NCBI GenBank assembly: GCA_020718315.1
Contig: DYSK01000002.1
Location: 1-39,562 of the forward strand
Origin: Draconibacterium orientale
GTDB lineage: Bacteria > Bacteroidota > Bacteroidia > Bacteroidales > UBA12170
DNA: 39,562 bases
Direction of reading: 5' to 3'
Shown: piece by piece, positions 1 to 8,719 of the stretch
Layout of the letters: each line of letters begins with the position of its first letter
Numbering within the stretch: the first letter of the stretch is position 1
The notes under the pieces: model-generated
What the model was told of the DNA's origin: nothing
Seen by the model: the letters and a program-made list of their open reading frames with translations, nothing else
Databases searched by the model: none
Position numbers and translations under genes: made by a program

Positions 1-3000
1 GCTGCAATTATCAGCCGCAACTGCGTGACCAATATTTATTGTTGCTCCACAAACTCCGGCATCATTTATTTGATGAATAGAAACGGGGGCGGTGAGGGTT
101 GGGAAAATTGCGTCCACAACAGTTACGATTGCGTTTGCTGTACTGCTATTGCCATGAATATCCTTCACGGTAAGAAGAACTGTGTTGTCGCCAAGTGAAC
201 TGCAGTCGAAAGAAGTTTTTGAAACTTCAAAAGAGGCAATTCCACAAGCGTCAGTCGATCCATTGTCCAAAAATGCGGCTGTAATAAATGCATTCCCTGT
301 AGCGTCTAGTTGTACGGTTCTGTTTTGTGTTAGAGCCGTAGGGGCGGTATTGTCTTTCACTTCGATGGTGAAGCGAATAGTTTCTGTCCCACAAGCATTC
401 GAAACGGTTAATTCTACTTGGCTTATACCAAAATTAAATACCGTTCCGCTACCGGTTCCTATTCCGCTTCCCGAAGTAGCTCCCGAAAAAACATAAGTTA
501 CTTCCGGCTGAGGATTTCCAACAAAGCTGGCTGTATATCCAACTGTAGCCGAACATAAACCCGCTTCTGTATCAATTGTTAAATTTGATGGGCTGTCAGT
601 AAAATGAGCAGCCAAACAAGCGATTTCAGCTTTCAGCGCAAAAGAGAATGTCGTTTCGTCGCAGTCGTTGCTAACTAGGTTTAAAGTCGCAGAATAAGAT
701 TTAATTGATGGGCCATTGAATACGGCATCAAAACCAAGACTTGTTCCTGCCGCAATGGTTGTAGGAAGTGATATCCCACTTGTGCTCCAGCTAGCCGCAT
801 CTGTACCGCTAAAAGAAATAGAGGAAATCAAAAGAGCGTCGGTGCCACTGTTTGAAATGCTAAAACTTTGCGTATAATTCGCATTTGGAAAAATTGTTCC
901 ATAATCGGTTCCATCTGCCAAATCGGGAGCAGAGTCACCGTCTGCGATGTTTATGGCATTGCCGCTCATGGATATTTCAGCATGATTCGACGAAACAACA
1001 ATTGGATCGGAAACAGCAGAGCAGCCAAATAAATCGACGACTATAACAGTATAAGAGCCTGCGTTTGTAGCAATGTATTCTTGTTGAGTTGCACCATTAA
1101 TATTTACACCATTCAGTTGCCATTGATAAATACTTGATTGGGTAGCAGTAATTGTCGCTGTTTGTGTTGGCCCGCATAAATAAGCATTTTCTGTTGGGAA
1201 AGTGGAAATGGTTGGGTTATTATTAACAGTTACGGAAACAGGACTTGACTCCCCTGAACAGCCGCCGGCATTCATCACTTCAACAGAATAACTTCCTGTT
1301 TCCGTTGCGGAATAGGTTTGCGTTGTTGCTCCCGGAATATTGATTCCGTCCTTTTTCCATTGGTACGAATCGCCCAAATTGGCTGTCATTGGGATAACTC
1401 CTCCTTGACAAACAGTCGTTTGTCCGGTTATGATAATGGCTGCCGGAGCAACAGTAACCGTTGTTTGGCAACTTGCAGTATTTCCAGCATTGTCAGTAAC
1501 AACAAAATCTACGAGGTTTGGCCCAATATTCGCACAGGTAAAGGTGGAGGCCGAAAGGGACATAAAATCAATACCGCAGGCATCGCCGGAGCCATTATCA
1601 ACCATTTCGGGCGTTATTGTAACCGTGCCGGTTGGACCTAAAGCAACTATAATGTCTTTACAAATTGCCGTTGGAGGCGTTGTGTCGTCTTGAGAACTTG
1701 TATTTCTGTGGAAACGAATTTGATTGCTGCTGATACCGCTTGTTGCAATATCGGGCACAAAGTCACCATCAAAATCGGCGATCACAATACCACTTACCTC
1801 AGCCATCGCTGATGAATTGTAATCAAAACGGGAGCTAAACGAAATATCGCCCGGGCCGCTGCTAATATTTGGGTAAACTGAAAACACATTTACTCCCAAT
1901 GATTTTGTAACAATATCAGGGAATCCGTCGCCATTTGCATCACCAACACCAATACGGTAGTTGGCCGTTGGCGCAGCCAAATTAACTGTTGGAGCAAAAG
2001 AGATATTTCCTACTAAGGACGTATTTCTATAAATAGCAGTATTTGTAGCTCCACTATAATTACACGTTGTTAAATCAATTTTACCATCTTTATCAAAATC
2101 GGCGATCATACAACGATATGGATAGCTTCCTCCCGAATTCCAATATTCTGGGGCCTCAAAAGTAAAAATTGAATTTCCGTTTGGAGTCGTATTTCTTAAA
2201 GTAACGGCTCTGTTTGCCGGTCCTTGCGAAGCCAGTACATCTACTTTTCCATCACCATCAACATCGGCTACTTGAATTCCTGTGTTGGTTGTTCCAACAT
2301 TTATTTGGGCTGCCAATGCAAAGCTTATATTTCCAATTCCGGAACTCGTATTCAGAAAAACATACATGACGCTTCCGCCACCACTAACAACATCAATTTT
2401 TCCATCGTTGTTGAAATCGCCCGAAGCGATTTGATAGAAACCAGCATAACCATAAATATTCAGAAGTGGGCCGAAGCTAAGGTTTCCTGGTGTGCTAAGA
2501 TTGCGATGCGCATACATGGACGAGGCTGTAAATACAATATCCAACACACCGTCGCCATCAAAATCGGCAATCGTAAAGCCTTGTGGGCCAACGGAATTGA
2601 TATCAAAACGTGAGAAGGTCAAATTCCCAGGCGTGCTATTGTTTTTAGCAATTGTAAAGCCACCAGCAGAAACAGCGCCGGAGATTACATCTGGCTTACC
2701 ATCTAAATCCATATCATAGGCCATCATATTGTAGGCTCCTTTGGCCGCCAAGTTAAAAGCCGTAGAATTGTAGGTGGCAGCAGTAATGGGTGTAGGGCAA
2801 AAAATACCATTGAAAGCTACTCTGGAATATGCAATTTTTCCGCAGGCATTTCGAACTGAAACGGGAGCCAATGTAGCTCCAACGGGCACTTTAACTTCTA
2901 ATTTACCAAAGGAAGCGGTTAAAACGGTAGCTTGTACAGCACCAAAAAAAACCTGATTGTTTGTGGGATTCGCGTCGAAATTGGCTCCAAATATAGTTAC

Positions 3001-3129
3001 GGTACTCCCGATATAGCCGGTATTTGGAGTAAAAGAGTTAATGATAGGAGCATCGCATTGTGCTTGAGCTCGAGTTTGAATGCTAAAAATAAATAGCACG
3101 GAGAGGAATAAAGAATATATATATTTCAT
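1..3129 (-). CDS. Large secreted/surface protein, 3'-truncated by the window edge: signal peptide, IPT/TIG domain, seven FG-GAP/VCBS repeats, HYR-like and Ig-like domains, choice-of-anchor-D/ASH-like domain
   Basis: Manual translation from ATG at 3129 gives MKYIYSLFLSVLFIFSIQTRAQA-QCDAPIINSFTPNTGYIGSTVTIFGANF (signal peptide + IPT). Seven DxDxDGxxD motifs follow (DMDLDGKPD, DFDGDGVLD, DFNNDGKID, DVDGDGKVD, DFDKDGKID, DANGDGFPD, DFDGDFVPD), then DTTPPTAICKD...DNGSGDACGI (HYR-like) and YQWKKDG/YQWQLNG Ig-like modules. The frame reads open to base 1 (...AADNCS). It is missing from the ORF track because the stop lies outside the window. Confidence 0.9.
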   Translation of the reverse strand, partial: MKYIYSLFLSVLFIFSIQTRAQAQCDAPIINSFTPNTGYIGSTVTIFGANFDANPTNNQVFFGAVQATVLTASFGKLEVKVPVGATLAPVSVRNACGKIAYSRVAFNGIFCPTPITAATYNSTAFNLAAKGAYNMMAYDMDLDGKPDVISGAVSAGGFTIAKNNSTPGNLTFSRFDINSVGPQGFTIADFDGDGVLDIVFTASSMYAHRNLSTPGNLSFGPLLNIYGYAGFYQIASGDFNNDGKIDVVSGGGSVMYVFLNTSSGIGNISFALAAQINVGTTNTGIQVADVDGDGKVDVLASQGPANRAVTLRNTTPNGNSIFTFEAPEYWNSGGSYPYRCMIADFDKDGKIDLTTCNYSGATNTAIYRNTSLVGNISFAPTVNLAAPTANYRIGVGDANGDGFPDIVTKSLGVNVFSVYPNISSGPGDISFSSRFDYNSSAMAEVSGIVIADFDGDFVPDIATSGISSNQIRFHRNTSSQDDTTPPTAICKDIIVALGPTGTVTITPEMVDNGSGDACGIDFMSLSASTFTCANIGPNLVDFVVTDNAGNTASCQTTVTVAPAAIIITGQTTVCQGGVIPMTANLGDSYQWKKDGINIPGATTQTYSATETGSYSVEVMNAGGCSGESSPVSVTVNNNPTISTFPTENAYLCGPTQTATITATQSSIYQWQLNGVNINGATQQEYIATNAGSYTVIVVDLFGCSAVSDPIVVSSNHAEISMSGNAINIADGDSAPDLADGTDYGTIFPNANYTQSFSISNSGTDALLISSISFSGTDAASWSTSGISLPTTIAAGTSLGFDAVFNGPSIKSYSATLNLVSNDCDETTFSFALKAEIACLAAHFTDSPSNLTIDTEAGLCSATVGYTASFVGNPQPEVTYVFSGATSGSGIGTGSGTVFNFGISQVELTVSNACGTETIRFTIEVKDNTAPTALTQNRTVQLDATGNAFITAAFLDNGSTDACGIASFEVSKTSFDCSSLGDNTVLLTVKDIHGNSSTANAIVTVVDAIFPTLTAPVSIHQINDAGVCGATINIGHAVAADNCS

Positions 3130-3142
3130 GGTCGTTTCTTTG

Positions 3143-3583
3143 TTATTGATAGCTTATTTCAACACTTAGTTTGTCCGCAGTATAGTCGGATGGAATTGCC
3201 ACTTTTAGGTTGGCAAAATCAGTAGAGCTACAATCAGCGCTCAACATAGAAGCAAAAGCAATTGGGAAATCGCTTAAGACATATTCGAAGAACTTTCCGG
3301 ATGCCTGATCGGAAATAATCAGCTTAAAATTAGCTTTTGACTTGGTTTTATTCTCATTGAAGAGATGAAGCTGTAAAAAATAGACACCACTGCCATCGCA
3401 ATCGATAATTTGATAAGCAACGTCAAGCATGTAGTCTGCTTCCGGCAAAGCTGTCCAATCTTTTGCGACAACCGGGTTGCCTTGCCCATAAGAGTTCAGC
3501 GAGGCTGTTCCTATGATAAACAAAAAGAAAAAGAGGTTTCTGAATTTTTTTAAAGAATCCCTCAAAGTGTAGATCTGTTTCAT
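3143..3583 (-). CDS. Small secreted hypothetical protein (146 aa, two Cys)
   Basis: ORF track 3143..3652. The ATG at 3583 (MKQIYTLRDSLKKFRNLFFFLFIIGTASLNSYG-Q) gives a signal peptide with Gln at +1, typical of Bacteroidota. It ends 13 bp before the large surface-protein gene. Confidence 0.75.
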   Translation of the reverse strand: MKQIYTLRDSLKKFRNLFFFLFIIGTASLNSYGQGNPVVAKDWTALPEADYMLDVAYQIIDCDGSGVYFLQLHLFNENKTKSKANFKLIISDQASGKFFEYVLSDFPIAFASMLSADCSSTDFANLKVAIPSDYTADKLSVEISYQ

Positions 3584-3689
3584 ACTATAAATTTTAATTT
3601 GTAATTTTTTTTGTCTAAAAAATTTGCTACTAAATTTTAATGCTGTTGACATGAATATCTATTAACAAAAGTCTTATTTAGAATGATTA

Positions 3690-3754
3690 CAAATATATAT
3701 CATTATAATCGAATTGATTATACAATGTTCTGAAATACTCATTAAAGTTCTGAA
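3690..3754 (-). promoter_or_regulatory. Bacteroidota -7 promoter box with two upstream direct repeats (candidate LytTR sites)
   Basis: TATATTTG on the minus strand at 3690..3697; TTCAGAAC (minus) repeated at 3727..3734 and 3747..3754. Confidence 0.55.
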
Positions 3755-3773
3755 TGGTGAAAAATGGCGAAAT

Positions 3774-4472
3774 CTAACGACTGTATTTTTCGTTAAACAA
3801 CCATTTCCGCACGAAAGAAAAGTCGAAATTAAGGACTTCGTTTTCGGTATAAATCAATGAAGAGGTCATTGTTTTTACGTGAGCCAAATTAACCCACGTA
3901 TTGGCATTGATAGCAAAGAACTGATTGGTTGGGAAGTGTTGTAGAAAAACCTCTGGATCGGAATCTAAATTTAAGGAGGACGAATGTGTCCTGATTTGAA
4001 ATCCTTTTTGCCTTTGGCGTATATACAAAACCTCATTTATCGAGACAGGATAATTATAGAAAGGCTCCGAAATATTTTGTTGCGAATTCTTAATAAACTC
4101 CGACTTGGTGAGGCAAAAACCGATTGTTGAACAAATTTCATCTACAGTAGAAGGCTTGCATAAGATTGCATCAGGAATGAAAGATGGAAAACTCTTGGTC
4201 AGGAAGTCTTTGACGTGCGACGAAAAAACAACAACGGGAATATTTGCCGTTTTATATAAACTTAAAGCCTCATTTCGCTGAGAAGAACTGCTTTCGGATA
4301 AATTAAAATCCGTAATAAGTAAATCAGGTTTTTCGTTTTCGAAAAGCCGAATAGCGGCAGTGGCATTGTTGACAAATGACAACGGTGAATACCCGTTTTT
4401 TCGGAGAATGATGGTCAAGTATTTACCGATAAATGGGTCATCTTCGATGATAGCAATTCGTTTTTCACTCAT
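3774..4472 (-). CDS. Response regulator with receiver domain and divergent LytTR-like output domain
   Basis: IAIIEDD, DLLITDFNL, VVVFSS and LCKP receiver motifs; C-terminal VSINEVLYI...FFAINANTWVNLAHV resembles LytTR. Confidence 0.85.
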   Translation of the reverse strand: MSEKRIAIIEDDPFIGKYLTIILRKNGYSPLSFVNNATAAIRLFENEKPDLLITDFNLSESSSSQRNEALSLYKTANIPVVVFSSHVKDFLTKSFPSFIPDAILCKPSTVDEICSTIGFCLTKSEFIKNSQQNISEPFYNYPVSINEVLYIRQRQKGFQIRTHSSSLNLDSDPEVFLQHFPTNQFFAINANTWVNLAHVKTMTSSLIYTENEVLNFDFSFVRKWLFNEKYSR

Positions 4473-5437
4473 TTCAACGCTTTGTTGGGAATCTGTATTT
4501 TGAATAGAGCGCCTTGATCGGTTTTGTACTCAAGAGTAGCTCGTAATAGCCTTACCATACTATTTATGATAAACATCCCAATCTTTTCTTGCGTTTTCTT
4601 CAGTTCATAATTTTCGATTCCGAAACCATTATCTCGAAAGAGCAGGCTGTGGGTATCACCTAAATCAACACAAGTGAATTCGATTTTTAATGTTGTATTA
4701 TTTTTGACAATGGCGTGTTGTAAAGAATTGCTAATAAGTTCGCTTAGCATCATTCCTATTTTAATTCCTTCTTCGGGAATCAGCGAAATTCCTTGGCAAC
4801 CAACTTCATATTTAAAATCACGAACAAAATAGACCGAAAAATTTTGAAACAATTTCTGAGCCAGCAGTTCCATATCAATCACATTTTGTTGAGCTTGACT
4901 GTAGCTGCTTTCATGAATCAAGGCCATTGAGCGAATTCGACGCATCGCATCGGCATAACTTTTTTTACCGTCCTTACTTCTTAATTCGTGGGATTGCATT
5001 TCGAGAAGACTTAGGAGCATGGTAAGATTGTTTTTAACACGATGTTGTAATTCGTGATTCAAAAAATCTTTTTCTTCTAAACGCGCTTTGAGTTCGGAAT
5101 TGATTCTTTTTATTTTTTGTCTATTGCGATAGTGTACAAATAAAAATATGAGCAATCCGCTCGTTAGGAATAATAATACGAATACAATATTAATCAAAAA
5201 CTCCTTGTCCTTGCTTTTTAATAAAAGTGTAATATTTTGTTTATCAGTAATTTTAAGCGTTTTTGTGGGCTCATTAAACAGATCTGAACTAAGTTTTACA
5301 TTTTGAAATTCGGCCATACGCTCCCGATTTGAAGCGTATAGAAAATGACGACCGTATTCCGATAAGGGCAGTTTCTGGATATTGAAGGCACTCTGAATGC
5401 TAAGCAGAAAAACAATATAGATAATCGAGCCGCGCAT
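4469..5437 (-). CDS. Membrane sensor histidine kinase, HisKA_2/HWE type
   Basis: H-box ELQHRVKNNL, RIRSMALIHE, N-box ELISNSLQHA, DNGFG; N-terminal hydrophobic segment and one further TM. 4-bp ATGA overlap with the downstream regulator. Confidence 0.9.
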   Translation of the reverse strand: MRGSIIYIVFLLSIQSAFNIQKLPLSEYGRHFLYASNRERMAEFQNVKLSSDLFNEPTKTLKITDKQNITLLLKSKDKEFLINIVFVLLFLTSGLLIFLFVHYRNRQKIKRINSELKARLEEKDFLNHELQHRVKNNLTMLLSLLEMQSHELRSKDGKKSYADAMRRIRSMALIHESSYSQAQQNVIDMELLAQKLFQNFSVYFVRDFKYEVGCQGISLIPEEGIKIGMMLSELISNSLQHAIVKNNTTLKIEFTCVDLGDTHSLLFRDNGFGIENYELKKTQEKIGMFIINSMVRLLRATLEYKTDQGALFKIQIPNKALK

Positions 5438-5577
5438 ACGTTTTTTTGATTAACAGCCAAAAGTAGCTCAAATGAAACTGCTGGAGTTGCTCCAAATGTT
5501 AAAAATCAGCTAAATAAAACAGCGTTCTGTTTTGTTGGTTTTGAAAAAAATCAATTGGTTGAAGCAAAAAAGGATTT

Positions 5578-6285
5578 TTATCTTTTCAGAATAGAGAGTA
5601 GATATGCTTTGCAGCTGCGGCTCAATGGAACTTCAAAATTGGATAAATAAATGCTCGTGTTCGTTACCGACTGAATATATTTGATGTTTACAGCAAAACT
5701 TCGATGGCTTTTGAAAAACACATCCGATGGAAGTTCCTCAAGCAGTTTTGTGAGGGAGCTACGAACCACCAATTTTTTACTTGCCGTGACCACATTCACA
5801 TAAACATGTTCCGCTTCTAAATAGAGGATCTCGTTCACATTTACTTTTTCGCTTCTATTTCCCAAGGAAAGCACAATGTGAGTGGGCTCATTTTTTGCAC
5901 TCAATTGATTGTGCAAAACCACCTCAATTGTGCAATACAAACTGTTTGAATCAAAGGGTTTGATAAGATAAGCAGCCGGATTGGTATGCTTTGCTAGTTC
6001 TATTGTTTTCGGGTCGGTAAACGATGTTAAGTATATAAAAGGAAGCTGGGGGAAATTCGCCTTCAAATAATGAGCTAGGTCGATTCCGGTTTTGCTGCCA
6101 TTCAGTCGAATATCAATCAAAACCAAATCAGCCGCATTGTTTTTTACTAATTGAAGAGCCTCTTCGTAATCAATGGCCGGGCCAATGATCTGATAATCGA
6201 ATTCTTCCAGATTTTTTTTTAAACTTCTGGCAATAATAAGCTCATCTTCAACAAGAATGAGTCGCTTTTTTATTGGCTGCATCAT
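5578..6285 (-). CDS. LytTR/AlgR family response regulator
   Basis: LILVEDE, DLVLIDIRL, IYLTS, YLIKPF; LytTR domain EILYLEAEHVY...FFKSHRSFAVN...VPLSRS. Confidence 0.93.
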   Translation of the reverse strand: MMQPIKKRLILVEDELIIARSLKKNLEEFDYQIIGPAIDYEEALQLVKNNAADLVLIDIRLNGSKTGIDLAHYLKANFPQLPFIYLTSFTDPKTIELAKHTNPAAYLIKPFDSNSLYCTIEVVLHNQLSAKNEPTHIVLSLGNRSEKVNVNEILYLEAEHVYVNVVTASKKLVVRSSLTKLLEELPSDVFFKSHRSFAVNIKYIQSVTNTSIYLSNFEVPLSRSCKAYLLSILKR

Positions 6286-6389
6286 AAAGATTTTATCCTA
6301 AAGTTGAACAAATAAGCATTGGCTTTGAAGGCGGCCAAAATACAATTTATTTTTTCGTAAAACGAAAATTGAAAATCCAGAACGAAAGA

Positions 6390-7424
6390 TTAATTTTTTT
6401 CGCTTTGGGAAATGATAGCGTAGAGGGCTTTTACCCATGCATCTGTATCGTTCAAACTTTCTAGCAGTTGAAGTTTTTCGCCACCTGCTTTTTGAAACAA
6501 ATCTGCATATTCCACTCCTAATTCTACTTTTGTTTCCAAACAATCGGCTACAAAAGAGGGAGCAAAAATCAAGACCTTTTTCTTGCCTTCGTTAGCCAAA
6601 CGGAGGAGAACTTTGTCGGTAAACGGACTTAGCCAATTCTTGCTTAAGCGCGATTGGAAAGCAATAGAATAGCTGTCCGGTTTCAAATTGAGCGCAAAAG
6701 CGAGCTGCCGCGCCGTTGCGTAGCAAGTTGCTTTATAACAGTCCTGGCCATGCTGCGGCATTTCGATGTTGCACGTACAGCTCGCATTGTCGTGATGAGG
6801 ATGAATCTTCTGAATATGACTCAATGGCAAGCCGTGAAAGGAAAATACAAAGTGGTCGAACATATTCAAATCGTATTCTTTGGCTCTGGAAACCCATGCT
6901 TGGATAAATTCAGGATGATTGTAAAATTGTCCCACAATTTTTAGGGGAGGGAAATCGTTCAAAGTGGCGACCAATCGATTTACTTCTTGAATAGCTGTTT
7001 GGCTTGTAGATTGTGCATATTGAGGAAATAAAGGGACAAGAATCAGTTGGTCGAAAGCGCCCTTTTTGATTTGATTCAGTGCAAGCCGAATGCCTGGATT
7101 TCCGTATCTCATGGCTATAAAAACCTGATCACCGCCACCGATTATCGACTGAAGTTTGGTTTGAAGTTTGAGTGTATTGGAGAGTAGAGGCGAGCCATTT
7201 GTTTCCCACACTTTTTGATAAAGCTTGGTGGATTTTGGTGCGCGAAAAGGAACGATAATAAGATTAACCAAAATTTTGCGCAGCAACCAAGGCAGATCAA
7301 TCACCAAAGGATCATTCAAAAACTCCGATAAATATTTTCGAACCGAGCCAAGTTCTGCTTTGTCAGGGGTTCCAACATTGAGCAGCAAAATGGCTTTTCG
7401 GGAGTTTTCGGACAAACGACTCAT
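6390..7424 (-). CDS. hemH: Ferrochelatase
   Basis: LLLNVGTP, YLSEFLNDPLVI, AMRYGNP, PLFPQYA, FSFHGLP, FQSR, WLSPFT, SFVADCLET. Confidence 0.96.
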   Translation of the reverse strand: MSRLSENSRKAILLLNVGTPDKAELGSVRKYLSEFLNDPLVIDLPWLLRKILVNLIIVPFRAPKSTKLYQKVWETNGSPLLSNTLKLQTKLQSIIGGGDQVFIAMRYGNPGIRLALNQIKKGAFDQLILVPLFPQYAQSTSQTAIQEVNRLVATLNDFPPLKIVGQFYNHPEFIQAWVSRAKEYDLNMFDHFVFSFHGLPLSHIQKIHPHHDNASCTCNIEMPQHGQDCYKATCYATARQLAFALNLKPDSYSIAFQSRLSKNWLSPFTDKVLLRLANEGKKKVLIFAPSFVADCLETKVELGVEYADLFQKAGGEKLQLLESLNDTDAWVKALYAIISQSEKN

Positions 7425-7436
7425 AGCAAAAGGGGA

Positions 7437-8621
7437 TTAATACAAATAGTTGTTGAAGGGATAGCGTATGGCGTGAATCTTTTTCACCTCTTCGTAAAGG
7501 ACGGCTCTTAATTTTTCGAGATTGGTTTTTTCTTTGGCCGAAATAAACAAGGTGGTCAATTCTCCTTTATTCATCCACGTATTTTGCAATTTTTCGAGCG
7601 AATAATTTTCTTTTGTTTCGGGGCTTAAATCGTCGGCATCTTTTTCGATGTGCGAAAAAGCATCTATCTTATTAAAAATCATCATCACCGGTTTTTCGCC
7701 GGCTTTAATTTCCGCCAAAGTTAGATTTACCACATTTATTTGTTCTTCAAAATCGGAATGCGAAATATCCACTATGTGTAAAAGCAAATCGGCTTCACGC
7801 ACTTCGTCTAAAGTTGATTTAAAACTTTCCACCAGGCTATGAGGAAGTTTTCGAATAAACCCAACCGTGTCCGATATGAGAAATGGTAGATTTTCCACGA
7901 CTACTTTTCGCACTGTGGTATCAAGCGTAGCAAAAAGTTTGTTTTCGGCAAACACTTCCGATTTGCTCAACAAATTCATCAAAGTCGATTTTCCAACATT
8001 GGTATATCCAACCAAAGCCACCCGAACCATACTTCCGCGATTCGATCGCTGCGTTTCCATTTGTTTGTCGATCAGCTCCAATTTTTTTTTCAAGAAAGAG
8101 ATTCTGTCACGAATAATTCGTCGGTCGGTTTCAATTTCTGTTTCACCGGGTCCACGCATTCCGATTCCACCTTGCTGACGTTCCAGATGCGTCCACATAC
8201 CGGCCAAACGAGGTAATAAATATTGATATTGAGCAAGTTCTACTTGTGTTTTCGCATGTGCAGTTTGTGCTCTTTTGGCAAAAATATCCAATATAAGATT
8301 GGTTCTATCCAGAATTTTGCATTTTAGTACTTTTTCCAGATTGCGTATTTGAGACGCGCCCAATTCATCGTCGAAAACGGCAATCTTTACTTTTTCAAAT
8401 TCGACAAAAATTCTAATTTCTTCTAGTTTTCCCGATCCAACAAAGGTTCGTTTATCAGGCGACGAAAGGCGTTGAACAAAGCGTCCAACACATTCGGCAC
8501 CGGCAGTAACGACCAGAAATTCCAATTCGTCGAGGTATTCCTTACTTCTATTTTCGTCTTGTCGGCCTGTAATAATTCCAATTACAATGGCTGTTTCTTT
8601 TATTATTGCTGTTTCAAACAA
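7437..8621 (-). CDS. hflX: Ribosome-splitting GTPase HflX
   Basis: GPGETEIETDRR, GYTNVGKS, LFATLDTT, DTVGFI, NKID; TTG start. Confidence 0.97.
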   Translation of the reverse strand: MFETAIIKETAIVIGIITGRQDENRSKEYLDELEFLVVTAGAECVGRFVQRLSSPDKRTFVGSGKLEEIRIFVEFEKVKIAVFDDELGASQIRNLEKVLKCKILDRTNLILDIFAKRAQTAHAKTQVELAQYQYLLPRLAGMWTHLERQQGGIGMRGPGETEIETDRRIIRDRISFLKKKLELIDKQMETQRSNRGSMVRVALVGYTNVGKSTLMNLLSKSEVFAENKLFATLDTTVRKVVVENLPFLISDTVGFIRKLPHSLVESFKSTLDEVREADLLLHIVDISHSDFEEQINVVNLTLAEIKAGEKPVMMIFNKIDAFSHIEKDADDLSPETKENYSLEKLQNTWMNKGELTTLFISAKEKTNLEKLRAVLYEEVKKIHAIRYPFNNYLY

Positions 8622-8719
8622 AGTTTAAGGTGTTAAAATTGGTTGCGAAATTAATCAATTTGCAGATACACAGTTTGTAAACAAAGAGGATTCTCTTTTT
8701 ATGAAAACGAAATTTCAGA

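Noticed and set aside
182-2956. Several short ORFs in the track (182..496, 1280..1471, 1318..1641, 1430..1693, 2224..2613, 2492..2719, 2774..2956)
   Set aside because: They are antisense or out-of-frame shadows of the large minus-strand surface-protein gene.
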